Source of the DNA: an uncultured Candidatus Cloacimonadota bacterium
Lineage (GTDB): Bacteria > Cloacimonadota > Cloacimonadia > Cloacimonadales > WRIO01
Length of the DNA stretch: 64,000 nucleotides
Assembly: GCA_964573665.1 (NCBI GenBank)
Contig: CAZNKI010000002.1
Coordinates: 2,767 to 66,766, forward strand
Direction: 5' to 3'
Part shown: piece after piece, positions 18,841 through 26,905 of the stretch
How the letters are laid out: the number at the start of each line of letters is the position of its first letter
Position numbering within the stretch: position 1 is the first letter of the stretch
The notes under the pieces: model-generated
What the model was told of the DNA's origin: nothing
The model's database searches: none
The model's input: only the letters and a program-made list of their open reading frames with translations
Made by a program: the position numbers and the translations under genes

Positions 18841-19992
18841 ATGTTGTATAAAGAGAAAATACTATTTGTAGATGATGAACCAAATGTATTGTATGCAATC
18901 AAACGCCAATTGCATGGGATGTTCAATATTGAAACTGCTGAAAGTGGCGAAATAGCACTAACAAAAATAATCGATGAAGGTCCTTTTGCTGTCATAGTTG
19001 TCGATATGCGAATGCCTGAAATGGATGGACTGACTCTTTTGAAAAAGGTGAGTAAGATATCACCTGATACAGTTAAAATGATGCTCACAGGCAATGTGGA
19101 TGTACAGACAGCGCAGAATGCGATCAACGAGGGAAGTATTTTCAGATTTATGATAAAACCATGGCCAACAGATCTGATGATTCAGTGTATTAATGCTGCC
19201 ATCAGACAATATCAGCTGGTGAGAGCAGAGAAGGAATTACTCGAAAATACACTTCATTCAACAGTGAAAGTGCTCGTAGATATATTGAGTATTGTAAATC
19301 CTGTGTCATTTAGTAAAACTCAAAGATTATTAACCTACAGTAAACACATTATTGAGACGATGAATCTTGAAAATCCATGGCAGTATGAAGTTGCTGTATT
19401 ATTATCTCAGATTGGAACGATAGTCATTCCAAAAGAAATACTTGCTAAGCAATATCAACCAGCAATGCTGAGTAATGATGAAGTCGATGTTTTGCTTAGT
19501 CATCCTGCTGTAAGTAGCAGTTTAATTCAGAAGATCCCAAGAATGAATCAGATTGCTCAAATGATAGAGTTGCAGAATCATTCGATGCATGATTTGTTGG
19601 AACATGAGTTTAATGTGAGTCAAACTATCATGTTTGGTGCACAATTGATAAAAATCTCAGTTGATTTAGATCAGATGATCATCAATGGATACTCCAAAGG
19701 AGATGCAATTGAAGATTTTCGAAAGAAACCAAATATATATCATCCGAAGTTTGTCGATGCTTTAGATACATTCAGGTTTGAGAAATTCAGATCAAAAGTA
19801 GAATATGTTACTGTCGATAAGTTAGATACATTTATGATTACAGCTCAAAGTATTGAGGATAAAACAGGGCGAATCTTATTAGCAAAAGATCAGGAAATTA
19901 CGCAAGCATCCATAGAATATTTAAGATCATTTGCAAGGAGAATAGGAGTCAAAGAACCTTTCCAGGTTAGAAGAGTAGTTCCTACTTCTTAA
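18841..19992 (+). CDS. Response regulator: receiver + degenerate HD-type (HD-GYP-like) output domain
   Basis: REC (ILFVDDE...VIVVDMRMPEMDG...IKPW). The output domain aligns by eye to HD-GYP regulators, but LSQIGT replaces LHDIGK and no HHE...GYP motif is present. Confidence 0.6.
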   Translation: MLYKEKILFVDDEPNVLYAIKRQLHGMFNIETAESGEIALTKIIDEGPFAVIVVDMRMPEMDGLTLLKKVSKISPDTVKMMLTGNVDVQTAQNAINEGSIFRFMIKPWPTDLMIQCINAAIRQYQLVRAEKELLENTLHSTVKVLVDILSIVNPVSFSKTQRLLTYSKHIIETMNLENPWQYEVAVLLSQIGTIVIPKEILAKQYQPAMLSNDEVDVLLSHPAVSSSLIQKIPRMNQIAQMIELQNHSMHDLLEHEFNVSQTIMFGAQLIKISVDLDQMIINGYSKGDAIEDFRKKPNIYHPKFVDALDTFRFEKFRSKVEYVTVDKLDTFMITAQSIEDKTGRILLAKDQEITQASIEYLRSFARRIGVKEPFQVRRVVPTS

Positions 19993-20077
19993 AATAGTTG
20001 CCAAATTAATCTTATTTTTTATTTTTGACATTGAGCTCTTAAGAAAGACTCACAGAGAATGAGATGAAGAGGCAATA

Positions 20078-21058
20078 ATGAAAAGAGTATTTAGTGGAAT
20101 AAAACCAACAGGAGATTTGCATTTAGGCAATTATCTTGGAGCAATAAAGAATTGGATCACGCTTCAGGATTCTTATGATTGTATTTTTAGTATCGTAGAT
20201 CTTCATGCAATGACTGTACATTATGAAGCAGAAGTGTTAAAAGAGAACGTATTTAAAATTGCATGTAATTATTTAGCTTGTGGATTAGATCCTGAGAAGT
20301 CTGTGTTAATGATACAATCCCAATGTCGGAAGCATTCAGAGTTAGCATGGATTCTTAATTGTTTGACTCCTGTCAGTTGGTTGGAACGAGTACCAACATT
20401 TAAAGAAAAATCAATGCAGTATGCCGAGAATGTCAATATGGGGCTGATGGATTATCCTGTGCTGATGACTGCTGATATTATCCTGTATAAAGCTGAATTT
20501 GTACCAGTAGGTGAGGATCAGCTTCCTCATCTTGAATTAGCACGCGAAATATTGAGACGTTTTAACAGCCGATTTGGTGATGTGTTTCCTGAGCCTAAAG
20601 ATATTATTGGGAAGGGTGCTCGTGTGAAAGGGCTTGATGGTTCTGCAAAAATGGGAAAATCATTGGACAATTGCATTTATCTTTATGAAGATCCTGAGAG
20701 TATCTGGAAGAAGTTGTCAAAAGCGGTAACAGATCCAGCAAGAATTCGAAAAACAGATCCAGGTGATCCAGAGAAATGTAATGTATATTCATTTCACCAA
20801 CTATTTTCAGATGATGAATGTATCAAAGAGGTTGCTGAATCATGTCGTAATGCGTCAATAGGGTGTATTGATTGTAAACGAAGATTAGCGAAGAATATGT
20901 CAGATGAACTGGAACCGATCAGAAACCGATACAATGAATATATGCAAAAGCCAGATTTAGTCTATGATATTTTAAAATCAGGGAATCAACGAGCGAACGA
21001 AATAGCTGATACTACAATGCAAGAAGTGTATGAAAAAATAGGAATTAGTTATTTTTAG
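20078..21058 (+). CDS. trpS: Tryptophan--tRNA ligase
   Basis: Class-I HIGH-type motif (PTGDLHLGNYLGA), KMSKS variant KMGKS, 326 aa. Confidence 0.95.
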   Translation: MKRVFSGIKPTGDLHLGNYLGAIKNWITLQDSYDCIFSIVDLHAMTVHYEAEVLKENVFKIACNYLACGLDPEKSVLMIQSQCRKHSELAWILNCLTPVSWLERVPTFKEKSMQYAENVNMGLMDYPVLMTADIILYKAEFVPVGEDQLPHLELAREILRRFNSRFGDVFPEPKDIIGKGARVKGLDGSAKMGKSLDNCIYLYEDPESIWKKLSKAVTDPARIRKTDPGDPEKCNVYSFHQLFSDDECIKEVAESCRNASIGCIDCKRRLAKNMSDELEPIRNRYNEYMQKPDLVYDILKSGNQRANEIADTTMQEVYEKIGISYF

Positions 21059-21147
21059 AATAAGGAAATCGCGGAAATAAAAAAAAATCATTGACAAAAA
21101 AAGTGATTATGAGCATTTTGATTAAAGTTAATAAAAGGAGATAGATT

Positions 21148-21489
21148 ATGTGGACTTTACTCGTGATATTACACATCATTATATGCATCATTCTGATGAT
21201 GGTCATCTTAATGCAAACAGGTAAGGGTGGCTTAGACAGCAATTTTTCAGGAATTGCATCAACTACTTTTGGAACACAAGGTGCCAGCGACGTAATCAAA
21301 AGAACAACCCAAGTATTATTTGGTATTTTTGTTGTCTCCTGTGTATTATTAGCAACAATGAATCCTGGCCAAACCAAAAGATCAAGCGTTGTTGATAAAT
21401 TAAAAAAAGAAACTGCAACAAAAGCTCCAGCTCAAGCACCGGCACCAACGCCAGCTCAAAGCCCAGCTAATCCAGCAGTACCACAATAA
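21148..21489 (+). CDS. secG: Preprotein translocase subunit SecG
   Basis: Two TM helices, LMQTGKGGL motif, low-complexity Pro/Ala tail. Immediately followed by a tRNA-Leu, as in the E. coli secG-leuU arrangement. Confidence 0.85.
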   Translation: MWTLLVILHIIICIILMMVILMQTGKGGLDSNFSGIASTTFGTQGASDVIKRTTQVLFGIFVVSCVLLATMNPGQTKRSSVVDKLKKETATKAPAQAPAPTPAQSPANPAVPQ

Positions 21490-21496
21490 ATTTTTT

Positions 21497-21584
21497 GCAG
21501 GAGTGGTGGAATTGGCAGACACGCAAGACTAAGGATCTTGTGCTCGAATAGGGCATGCGGGTTCAAGTCCCGCCTTCTGCACCA
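21497..21584 (+). tRNA. tRNA-Leu, class II (long variable arm), anticodon read as AAG, encoded CCA
   Basis: Manual fold: acceptor GCAGGAG/CTTCTGC. Anticodon stem CAAGA/TCTTG with 7-nt loop C-T-AAG-G-A. 16-nt variable arm. T-arm GCGGG-TTCAAGT-CCCGC. Discriminator A followed by CCA. Confidence 0.85.
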
Positions 21585-21588
21585 AATT

Positions 21589-21617
21589 AAGCATCGAGAA
21601 ATCGATGCTTTTTTTAT
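21589..21617 (+). terminator. Rho-independent terminator after tRNA-Leu
   Basis: AAGCATCGA / TCGATGCTT hairpin followed by TTTTTTATT. Confidence 0.8.
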
Positions 21618-21706
21618 TAACATATTAATTGAATTATAAAATTGTGAGTGTTTTGAATTAGAAGAAAAAGTTAATTTTATAATTATTGAGTCCATTATTA
21701 TTCTGT

Positions 21707-21743
21707 ATTTACGGCTCGAGCCGAGCCGGCTCCATGACTAATT
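21707..21743 (+). repeat. Repeat B core copy 1 (ATTTACGGCTCGAGCCGAGCCGGCTCCATGACTAATT)
   Basis: 36 of 37 nt identical to 35973-36009. A GC-rich island in AT-rich spacer built of GGCTC-GAGCC-GAGCC-GGCTC units. Confidence 0.9.
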
Positions 21744-21795
21744 TAATAAACTTGATATAAGAATTGGGGTACAGATTGTTTTCAAAAGATATACA

Positions 21796-21826
21796 CAAAA
21801 AAAAACAGCAGAACTAAGTCTGCTGT
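21796..21826 (-). terminator. Rho-independent terminator of the TPR gene (minus strand)
   Basis: ACAGCAGA / TCTGCTGT hairpin (21805-21812 / 21819-21826) followed by a run of 9 T on the minus strand. Confidence 0.75.
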
Positions 21827-21846
21827 ATAAACATATTCATGAAAAA

Positions 21847-22554
21847 TTATTTCCAGCGTTGATCTTCCGGATATTTAGTTCTAAGTTGTTTTTCTAAAGC
21901 ATCAGCATCTTTTTTCATTTTATTTGCTTTGAGGATGTCGAGGTATAAGAAGTCAACAGATTTGTTTGAATATACTTCTTCTTCATCTTCAGAATCTTTG
22001 CCTTTATATTTAAATGCATCTTGCATTGTACTATAAGCATCTTTAAAGTTTTTCTGTTTAAAGTACACTTCAGCAAGCATTAAGTATGCATCATAATGTT
22101 CTTTTCTTGTTTCAATGGAATTTTTCAGCGCAATAACCGCTTTATCAAGTTCATTCATTTTTAAGAAAGCTTCACCTTTATGTCTCCAAGGGCAAGACCA
22201 TTTTGGGGATTTTTCATTAATCTTATTGTATAAAACAACAGCTTTGTCGTATTCACCCATTGCTAAGAGAATATTTGCAGTTTGGAAGGCAGAACCAGGA
22301 GTTAAAGAATCACTATTTGCGATCATATATTCCAATGTATTGTTTAGTTCATTATAAAGAATGCTCATTAAATATGCTTTTGTATTTGGATCAGCATTAA
22401 TGTCATTTTTAATTCCATAATAAGAGTATGCTTTGATAAAAGTATCGAAGTTTTGGTTTTCATAGTAATTCATCAGGGGTTTTCTTTCATCAAATTCTGC
22501 GAAAAGTGAAATGCAAGCGATGAGCAATATTATAATTGTCGTTGTTTTTTTCAT
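21847..22554 (-). CDS. Secreted TPR-repeat protein
   Basis: Signal peptide and TPR-like helical repeats (e.g. MGEYDKAVVLYNKINEKSP, NELDKAVIALKNSIE, KNFKDAYSTMQDAFK). Confidence 0.65.
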   Translation of the reverse strand: MKKTTTIIILLIACISLFAEFDERKPLMNYYENQNFDTFIKAYSYYGIKNDINADPNTKAYLMSILYNELNNTLEYMIANSDSLTPGSAFQTANILLAMGEYDKAVVLYNKINEKSPKWSCPWRHKGEAFLKMNELDKAVIALKNSIETRKEHYDAYLMLAEVYFKQKNFKDAYSTMQDAFKYKGKDSEDEEEVYSNKSVDFLYLDILKANKMKKDADALEKQLRTKYPEDQRWK

Positions 22555-22571
22555 TAATTCTCCTTTAATAT

Positions 22572-22603
22572 AAAAAAAAGCACTTACAATGTCATAAGTG
22601 CTT
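22572..22603 (-). terminator. Rho-independent terminator of the nfu-like gene (minus strand)
   Basis: AGCACTTA / TAAGTGCT hairpin followed by a T8 run on the minus strand. Confidence 0.7.
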
Positions 22604-22616
22604 ATATTGATAATTA

Positions 22617-22850
22617 TTATACTTGTCTTACTTCTTTAACTTCAGGGATGTGATCTTTGAGCACTCTTTCGATTCCAGCTTTAAGTGTAAGAGTAGCCAT
22701 TGGGCAACTTCCACAAGCACCTTGTAAACGAACTTCAACAATACCATCTTCTGTGATGTTGATTAATTCAACATCGCCACCATCAGCCTGTAAAGAAGGT
22801 CTGACTTTTTCGAGTATTTCTAATACTTTTTCTTTCATTTTGTCCTCCAT
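22617..22850 (-). CDS. NifU C-terminal (Nfu-type) Fe-S cluster scaffold/carrier protein
   Basis: 77 aa with ADGGDVEL...ACGSCPMATLTLK, the CxxC motif of Nfu/NifU-C domains. Confidence 0.85.
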   Translation of the reverse strand: MEDKMKEKVLEILEKVRPSLQADGGDVELINITEDGIVEVRLQGACGSCPMATLTLKAGIERVLKDHIPEVKEVRQV

Positions 22851-22903
22851 TGTTATCCATATATTTTAAATGATTTATTTTGTAAAGCAAATTAAAAAGG
22901 GAT

Positions 22904-24043
22904 TTATCGAATATCTTTGAGATTGCAGATAATGAAGAGATGCTTTTTTTCAAATCTGATAATAAAAAGTACTGCTTGTTTTGTTCCCTTTTTTAACTTT
23001 AATTTCTTTCTAAAAGATTCAACAGTTTCAGAGAATCCTCTTGTTTTTATATCGAGAATTTCTATATGATTTGCAGAGATATATTTATTAAGCAAATTTA
23101 CTGAGAAATCGAAAATATCATTGACCTCATAGGATTTTGCTATAGGCGTATCAATAAAGTCGTCAGAAGTTAGAAGCGCTAAATGTTGATCAATCTTCTT
23201 AGCCTTTATCTCATAAGCTAAATGTTCTACCAAGTGCGCTTTTATTATGGCAACATTTGGTTCGATCAGGTATTTACGAATAGTGCTAATCTCATCAGTT
23301 AGCTGTCTTTGATCGTCGAAGCAGATGTTTTCCGGAAGAATGATACATTTTCTTTTGATCCCGTCATTGAGTTTCCCTGTACAAAGCAAGATTTCTTTAA
23401 GTTCATTATTTTCTGAGACAAATTGTAGCTGATGCTGAGAGAGAATGGTCTGTTTTTCATAATCAATCATTGGAGAGAGCTTTACAGCTATGTTTTGGTA
23501 CTGATGAAATATTAATTCAACGGAGTTGATGCTCGGAGACATTTCAAGCGGGTCAGCGTTTCTTTTTTCATTTGTACGGCGATCTGGATCAATAAAGACT
23601 GCCTCTACATCTTCATTAAACTCTTCTGCTTTGATATTAAGAAAGGAGATATTTTTATCTGAAGATGACATTTTCATATTATATTGAGCTGAAATGAGGA
23701 TATGAGGATCTAAATCCACAGCATAGATACACTTTTTATTTTCAGAGAGAAACATTAGATCCATGCCGATCCCGCAGCATAAATCAGCGACAGAAGAGAA
23801 TTTTGAAAAAAGAGTTCCGTGATATTTCGCTACAAGATATGAAGATGCCTGTTGTGCATTTTTTTCAGTAAGAATCCATTGATTTGAAATTTTTAATTTT
23901 GGCAGATATTTTTCTCTTAACTTAATGAGTGTAAGAATTTCATTAATAGGATACTGAGGATATTTCTTTTTGAGTAAAGAGATAGTGTTAATGTTGTTTA
24001 CAGAAGATACATCAAGCATTTGAATGATGTCTTCAATATTCAT
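22904..24043 (-). CDS. Class I SAM-dependent methyltransferase
   Basis: SAM motif I DLCCGIGMD. The ORF track extends to 24112, but that extension runs through the upstream gene's terminator hairpin, so the ATG at 24043 (MNIEDIIQML) is preferred. Confidence 0.65.
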   Translation of the reverse strand: MNIEDIIQMLDVSSVNNINTISLLKKKYPQYPINEILTLIKLREKYLPKLKISNQWILTEKNAQQASSYLVAKYHGTLFSKFSSVADLCCGIGMDLMFLSENKKCIYAVDLDPHILISAQYNMKMSSSDKNISFLNIKAEEFNEDVEAVFIDPDRRTNEKRNADPLEMSPSINSVELIFHQYQNIAVKLSPMIDYEKQTILSQHQLQFVSENNELKEILLCTGKLNDGIKRKCIILPENICFDDQRQLTDEISTIRKYLIEPNVAIIKAHLVEHLAYEIKAKKIDQHLALLTSDDFIDTPIAKSYEVNDIFDFSVNLLNKYISANHIEILDIKTRGFSETVESFRKKLKLKKGTKQAVLFIIRFEKKHLFIICNLKDIR

Positions 24044-24090
24044 TTTGAGTATTAAATCAATATATTGATCACTTAACACAGTAAACTTTC

Positions 24091-24120
24091 TTAAACAAAA
24101 AAGACGCAACAAGTTGCGTC
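24091..24120 (-). terminator. Rho-independent terminator of the small CTD protein gene (minus strand)
   Basis: AGACGCAAC / GTTGCGTCT inverted repeat (24101-24120) followed by TTTTTGTTT on the minus strand. Confidence 0.65.
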
Positions 24121-24142
24121 TTTAGAAGATTATAAAGGACAG

Positions 24143-24496
24143 TTATTTTAAAATAATAATTTTTTTAACAGAAGTGAATTTAGCGCCATAAGATAATTCA
24201 ACGATATATTTACCTTCAGGTAAACGAGAGTTTGAATAGTCAGTGCCATCCCAGTTAAACTGATGATAACCTTTTGCTAAAAGATCAGAATAGATTGTTT
24301 TTAAAACGATACCTTTAGTGTCAGTAATTACTAAATTAACATGTTGAGATTCAGATAAATCAAAAGAAATGGTAGTAACTTCTTTCATGGGGTTAGGGTT
24401 GACATTTAATTCGAGCGCTTTTTCAGATTTTGCAAATAAAGCGAAGACAGTAAACATCAGGATCATAACGAGTAATGTTTTCTTAATAAGGGACAT
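24143..24496 (-). CDS. Small secreted protein consisting of a signal peptide plus a T9SS/FlgD-Ig-like C-terminal domain only
   Basis: 117 aa: signal peptide, then NPNPMKEVTTISF...GYHQFNWDGTD...GKYIVEL...KIIILK, the same CTD pattern as the two large T9SS cargos in this window. Confidence 0.7.
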   Translation of the reverse strand: MSLIKKTLLVMILMFTVFALFAKSEKALELNVNPNPMKEVTTISFDLSESQHVNLVITDTKGIVLKTIYSDLLAKGYHQFNWDGTDYSNSRLPEGKYIVELSYGAKFTSVKKIIILK

Positions 24497-24547
24497 AAAT
24501 CCTCCAAATATATTTTATGATAATTTTTAATAATTAATATGCAATAT

Positions 24548-25456
24548 TTATTCCAAAAAGAAAGATTCAGCTAAACATATAGCTCCGAAAATACCTGCTT
24601 GATTGCCAAATTTTGCTTTTTCAATTATAGTGTTTCGGTATTGACCTTGTAAGTGGTGCAAAATAGATGATTTCATAAAGTTGAAATCATATTGAGGGAT
24701 ATCCACAACACCTCCGCCAATAACGACAACAGACGGATTTAGGATCATGATGGCATTTGCGATGCCTATTGCCAAGTAGGATTGTCTTGAATTGAGGTAG
24801 TCATTCAATATTTGATTGGAATCAGCAATTTTATACAGTTCACCAATAGATTTATCTTTTAGATCAGGAAATCTTTGATTGCATTGATCAATAATGGAAG
24901 GTGCTGAGCTGTAACTTTCAACACAACCTTGTTTACCACATTTACAATTACGTCCATTGTTTTCGACAATTGTATGTCCTAATTCAAGAGCACTAAAGAA
25001 ATCACCTCTAAAAATGCCATTTTCATTGACAAATCCAGAGCCTATTCCTGTGCCAACGGTGATTCCTAAAAGGCTTTTATCTGGGTAAAAGGTTTTTTCA
25101 GCCAGAGCCATTATGTTTGCATCATTTTCTATATGGATTGAAATATTATGTCTCATTTCAATTTCCTGCTTAAGGTTAATACGGGTTAGACATGGAATAT
25201 TTGGTGTAACTCCTGTGACAATTCCCTTAATGGTGTTTACAGTTCCAGGAGAACCCATTGCAAATTCAGAAATATCGGAATGTGAGTTAAGTATGATGTT
25301 GATTGCTAAAGAGATTGTGTCAAGCACAGCCTTTTCGTTATTAGGGTTGATAACTGCAATTTTGTCATGATCAATGATGCCTTGATCTTTATTGCCTATT
25401 CCAAATTTTAGAAAAGAACCACCCAGATCCAATCCTGCAAATAGTTTATTTTGCAT
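24548..25456 (-). CDS. ROK family sugar kinase (glucokinase-like)
   Basis: N-terminal GLDLGGS ATP-binding motif and ROK zinc motif CKCGKQGCVE. Start trimmed to MQNKLFAGLDLGG (25456) to remove the overlap with the upstream gene. Confidence 0.8.
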   Translation of the reverse strand: MQNKLFAGLDLGGSFLKFGIGNKDQGIIDHDKIAVINPNNEKAVLDTISLAINIILNSHSDISEFAMGSPGTVNTIKGIVTGVTPNIPCLTRINLKQEIEMRHNISIHIENDANIMALAEKTFYPDKSLLGITVGTGIGSGFVNENGIFRGDFFSALELGHTIVENNGRNCKCGKQGCVESYSSAPSIIDQCNQRFPDLKDKSIGELYKIADSNQILNDYLNSRQSYLAIGIANAIMILNPSVVVIGGGVVDIPQYDFNFMKSSILHHLQGQYRNTIIEKAKFGNQAGIFGAICLAESFFLE

Positions 25457-25874
25457 TTTGCTGATTCCCATATACTTTCCACACTCCATTAATTTTTCTA
25501 AAATAGCTTAAATCACCATGATCATTAGGCTCAAAGAATAATTCTTCAGAGGAAGGGCTTGTTAATCTCATTGTAAATTGGACTGTAGCAAAATCTCCAT
25601 TAACATCAATGCTGATATTTTCAAAGCTACAATAGTTGTAATCAGCCATTCTATCTTCCCAAACGAATTTTTGGTTAAATTTATTATAGCCTTTATGGTA
25701 GTAATCCTCATCATAATATTTCATGATATCATTAATATTCATTTCGTTAAAAGCGTCTTCGATTCGAAGCATTACATCATTGATATTTGCCTGAGCAATT
25801 TCTGTTTTTGATAAATCGCTGGTGCAAGAGATTAGTAAGCATACTATAAGAAACAATATCACTTTATAGAACAT
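25446..25874 (-). CDS. Lipoprotein, small NTF2/SnoaL-like domain (tentative)
   Basis: Lipobox LLISC after the signal sequence. A 142-aa single domain; the fold assignment is a guess. Confidence 0.4.
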   Translation of the reverse strand: MFYKVILFLIVCLLISCTSDLSKTEIAQANINDVMLRIEDAFNEMNINDIMKYYDEDYYHKGYNKFNQKFVWEDRMADYNYCSFENISIDVNGDFATVQFTMRLTSPSSEELFFEPNDHGDLSYFRKINGVWKVYGNQQNAK

Positions 25875-26096
25875 GATCGGCCCCTAAAAATCTATTCTAA
25901 GACCAAAATATTATTTATAATAAAAATAGGCAATATCTTTATTTTGGAAATGTGAGACATTGAATAATTTGTGGAAAAAAGATCGAAACATATACTTTGT
26001 TTACACATAAATGACATCGTTATATCAAAACGATCAGAAATCTTCAAATAACTTGTAGAAGGGACATTGAACGTTTACCTCTTACTTACTTCTTTT

Positions 26097-26113
26097 TTCT
26101 ATCCTGTAGAAAA
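26097..26113 (+). repeat. Interspersed repeat A, core copy 2
   Basis: Exact 17-mer TTCTATCCTGTAGAAAA. Lies in the divergent intergenic region between the lipoprotein gene and tetR. Confidence 0.9.
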
Positions 26114-26224
26114 GTCAATTAGAGATATGATCCAGATTTTAAGAAAGTGATTTTACTTTCTATAACTTGAAGAAGAAATATCATAGAAAACATAGAAAAA
26201 AGTAAATAAAGTTCATTTTTTTAC

Positions 26225-26254
26225 TTGACTGAGTCAGGCATTGCAAAATAATAA
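26225..26254 (+). promoter_or_regulatory. Candidate tetR promoter with overlapping palindromic operator TGACTGAGTCA
   Basis: TTGACT (26225-26230), 17-18 nt spacer, ATAATA/TAATAA. The 11-bp palindrome TGACT-G-AGTCA (26226-26236) overlaps the -35 element. Confidence 0.45.
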
Positions 26255-26280
26255 TATTAAATTTCTAAAGAGGATGAACT

Positions 26281-26886
26281 ATGAGAAAGCAAATAAGTAA
26301 ATCAGAAATGAATAAAAATGCTAAGAAAAAAGCTATATTTAAATCCGCTATAGATAATTTTGCCAGAAATGGCTTTTATGAGACCAAAATGTCGGACATA
26401 GCACGTGATGCCAATGTCGCAGACGGGACATTGTATTTATATTTTGCCAATAAGGATGATTTATTGATCAAAGTATTTGAAGAGATGGTCGATGAAAAAT
26501 TAGAACAAATCAAAGAATGTATCAAAAATGAGACTAATGCGTTAGCCAAATTGTATAAAATGTTTGAATACCATGTTGATCTGTTTACAAATAATCCTTC
26601 TTATGTACGATTCTTTGTGCAGGAAATACGGCAAAGTCCAGATTTTTATAAGCGATATCCAGATTTTCAGCCTATTAAGAAGTATTTGTTATTTATAGAA
26701 GAATTGATCCAGGAAGCGATCGACAGTGGATTAGTCAGGCCACTTGATACGAAGATAGCTACAAGATTAATCTATGGTTCCATTGATTTTATCTTATCTG
26801 AATGGGCATTAACTAATGATGCAACACCATTGCATGATATTCATAAAGTGGTTATCGATATCTTACATAATGGGATGAGATCCTAA
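26281..26886 (+). CDS. TetR/AcrR family transcriptional regulator
   Basis: N-terminal HTH (FARNGFYETKMSDIARDANVADGTLYLYFANKDDLL). Confidence 0.85.
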   Translation: MRKQISKSEMNKNAKKKAIFKSAIDNFARNGFYETKMSDIARDANVADGTLYLYFANKDDLLIKVFEEMVDEKLEQIKECIKNETNALAKLYKMFEYHVDLFTNNPSYVRFFVQEIRQSPDFYKRYPDFQPIKKYLLFIEELIQEAIDSGLVRPLDTKIATRLIYGSIDFILSEWALTNDATPLHDIHKVVIDILHNGMRS

Positions 26887-26905
26887 AGAGAGAATTGAGG
26901 AAATT

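Noticed and set aside
21456-21695. 79-aa minus-strand ORF overlapping the secG 3' end, the tRNA-Leu gene and its terminator.
   Set aside because: It is antisense to a well-folded tRNA and terminator, has no SD, and its translation has no recognisable features.
21713-21732. XhoI (CTCGAG) and NaeI/NgoMIV (GCCGGC) sites inside the GC-rich module, raising the possibility of a cloning or assembly artefact.
   Set aside because: The module occurs at two separate loci. Both have a conserved native-looking flank (ATTTAC... ...ACTAATT) and a conserved partner motif 52-53 nt upstream. That pattern is not what a vector or adaptor remnant would give.
21711-21740. Conserved minus-strand mini-ORF inside repeat B (ATG GAG CCG GCT CGG CTC GAG CCG TAA = MEPARLEP), present in both copies.
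   Set aside because: Neither copy has a Shine-Dalgarno sequence upstream. The conservation is better explained by the palindromic nucleotide structure than by coding.
22904-24112. ORF-track N-terminal extensions of several genes: 22904-24112, 24548-25489, 29288-30118, 44197-44598, 51034-53058, 56062-56616, 60709-60930, 5688, 12108.
   Set aside because: Downstream ATG codons have properly spaced AGGAG-type SD sequences. Using them removes overlaps with upstream genes or terminators, so the starts were trimmed accordingly.
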